From a virus (Duplodnaviria > Caudoviricetes), in IMG/VR virus record IMGVR_UViG_3300031472_000007, positions 1 through 25,526 of that record: a DNA stretch of 25,526 bases; one strand, 5' to 3'. Positions 25,496 through 25,526 of the stretch are shown in pieces. The notes below the pieces were generated by a model. The model was not told the DNA's origin. It saw only the letters and a program-made list of their open reading frames with translations, and ran no database searches. Position numbers and translations under genes: made by a program. Position 1 is the first letter of the stretch. Every line of letters begins with the position of its first letter.

Positions 25496-25526
25496 GTCAC
25501 CCCCCCCCCTCTCTCTCTCTCTCTCT

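Larger units (their letters stand above)
1..25500 (-). mobile_element. Myovirus-type phage/prophage late (packaging, head, contractile tail, baseplate) module
   Basis: Co-oriented, tightly packed genes in canonical order TerS-TerL-portal-protease-capsid-connectors-sheath-tube-TAC-TMP-LysM-hub-spike-gp25-baseplate J. No integrase or att site in the window, so prophage versus free phage cannot be decided. Confidence 0.95.

Noticed and set aside
25500-25526. Poly-C/(CT)n run at the window end
   Set aside because: Low complexity and truncated by the edge; it may be a contig-end artefact and cannot be interpreted.

Overview
High-GC DNA from a contractile-tailed (myovirus-type) phage or prophage, covering almost the whole late/morphogenesis operon on the minus strand. 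From right to left: a sigma70-type promoter with a strong hairpin terminator, a small ORF, a ParB/Srx-like protein, a Mom-like GNAT DNA-modifying enzyme, a non-canonical tRNA-Gly(UCC)-like RNA, TerS, TerL, portal, a Zn-ribbon protein, prohead protease/scaffold, capsid decoration protein, major capsid, head-tail joining genes, sheath, tube, a tail assembly chaperone with a probable frameshift extension, tape measure, LysM protein, an M23+lysozyme-like+hub fusion, spike, gp25-like wedge and baseplate J. Three plus-strand genes interrupt the operon: an ASCH protein, an HNH endonuclease and a 100-aa unknown. The main candidate for a new system is at 23453-25085. A Mom-like enzyme gene overlaps a tRNA-like element that keeps the bacterial GlyRS identity elements but has G33 and a bulged T-stem, suggesting a dedicated non-ribosomal glycyl donor for DNA adenine hypermodification. 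All protein calls come from motif recognition and synteny by eye; no searches were run.
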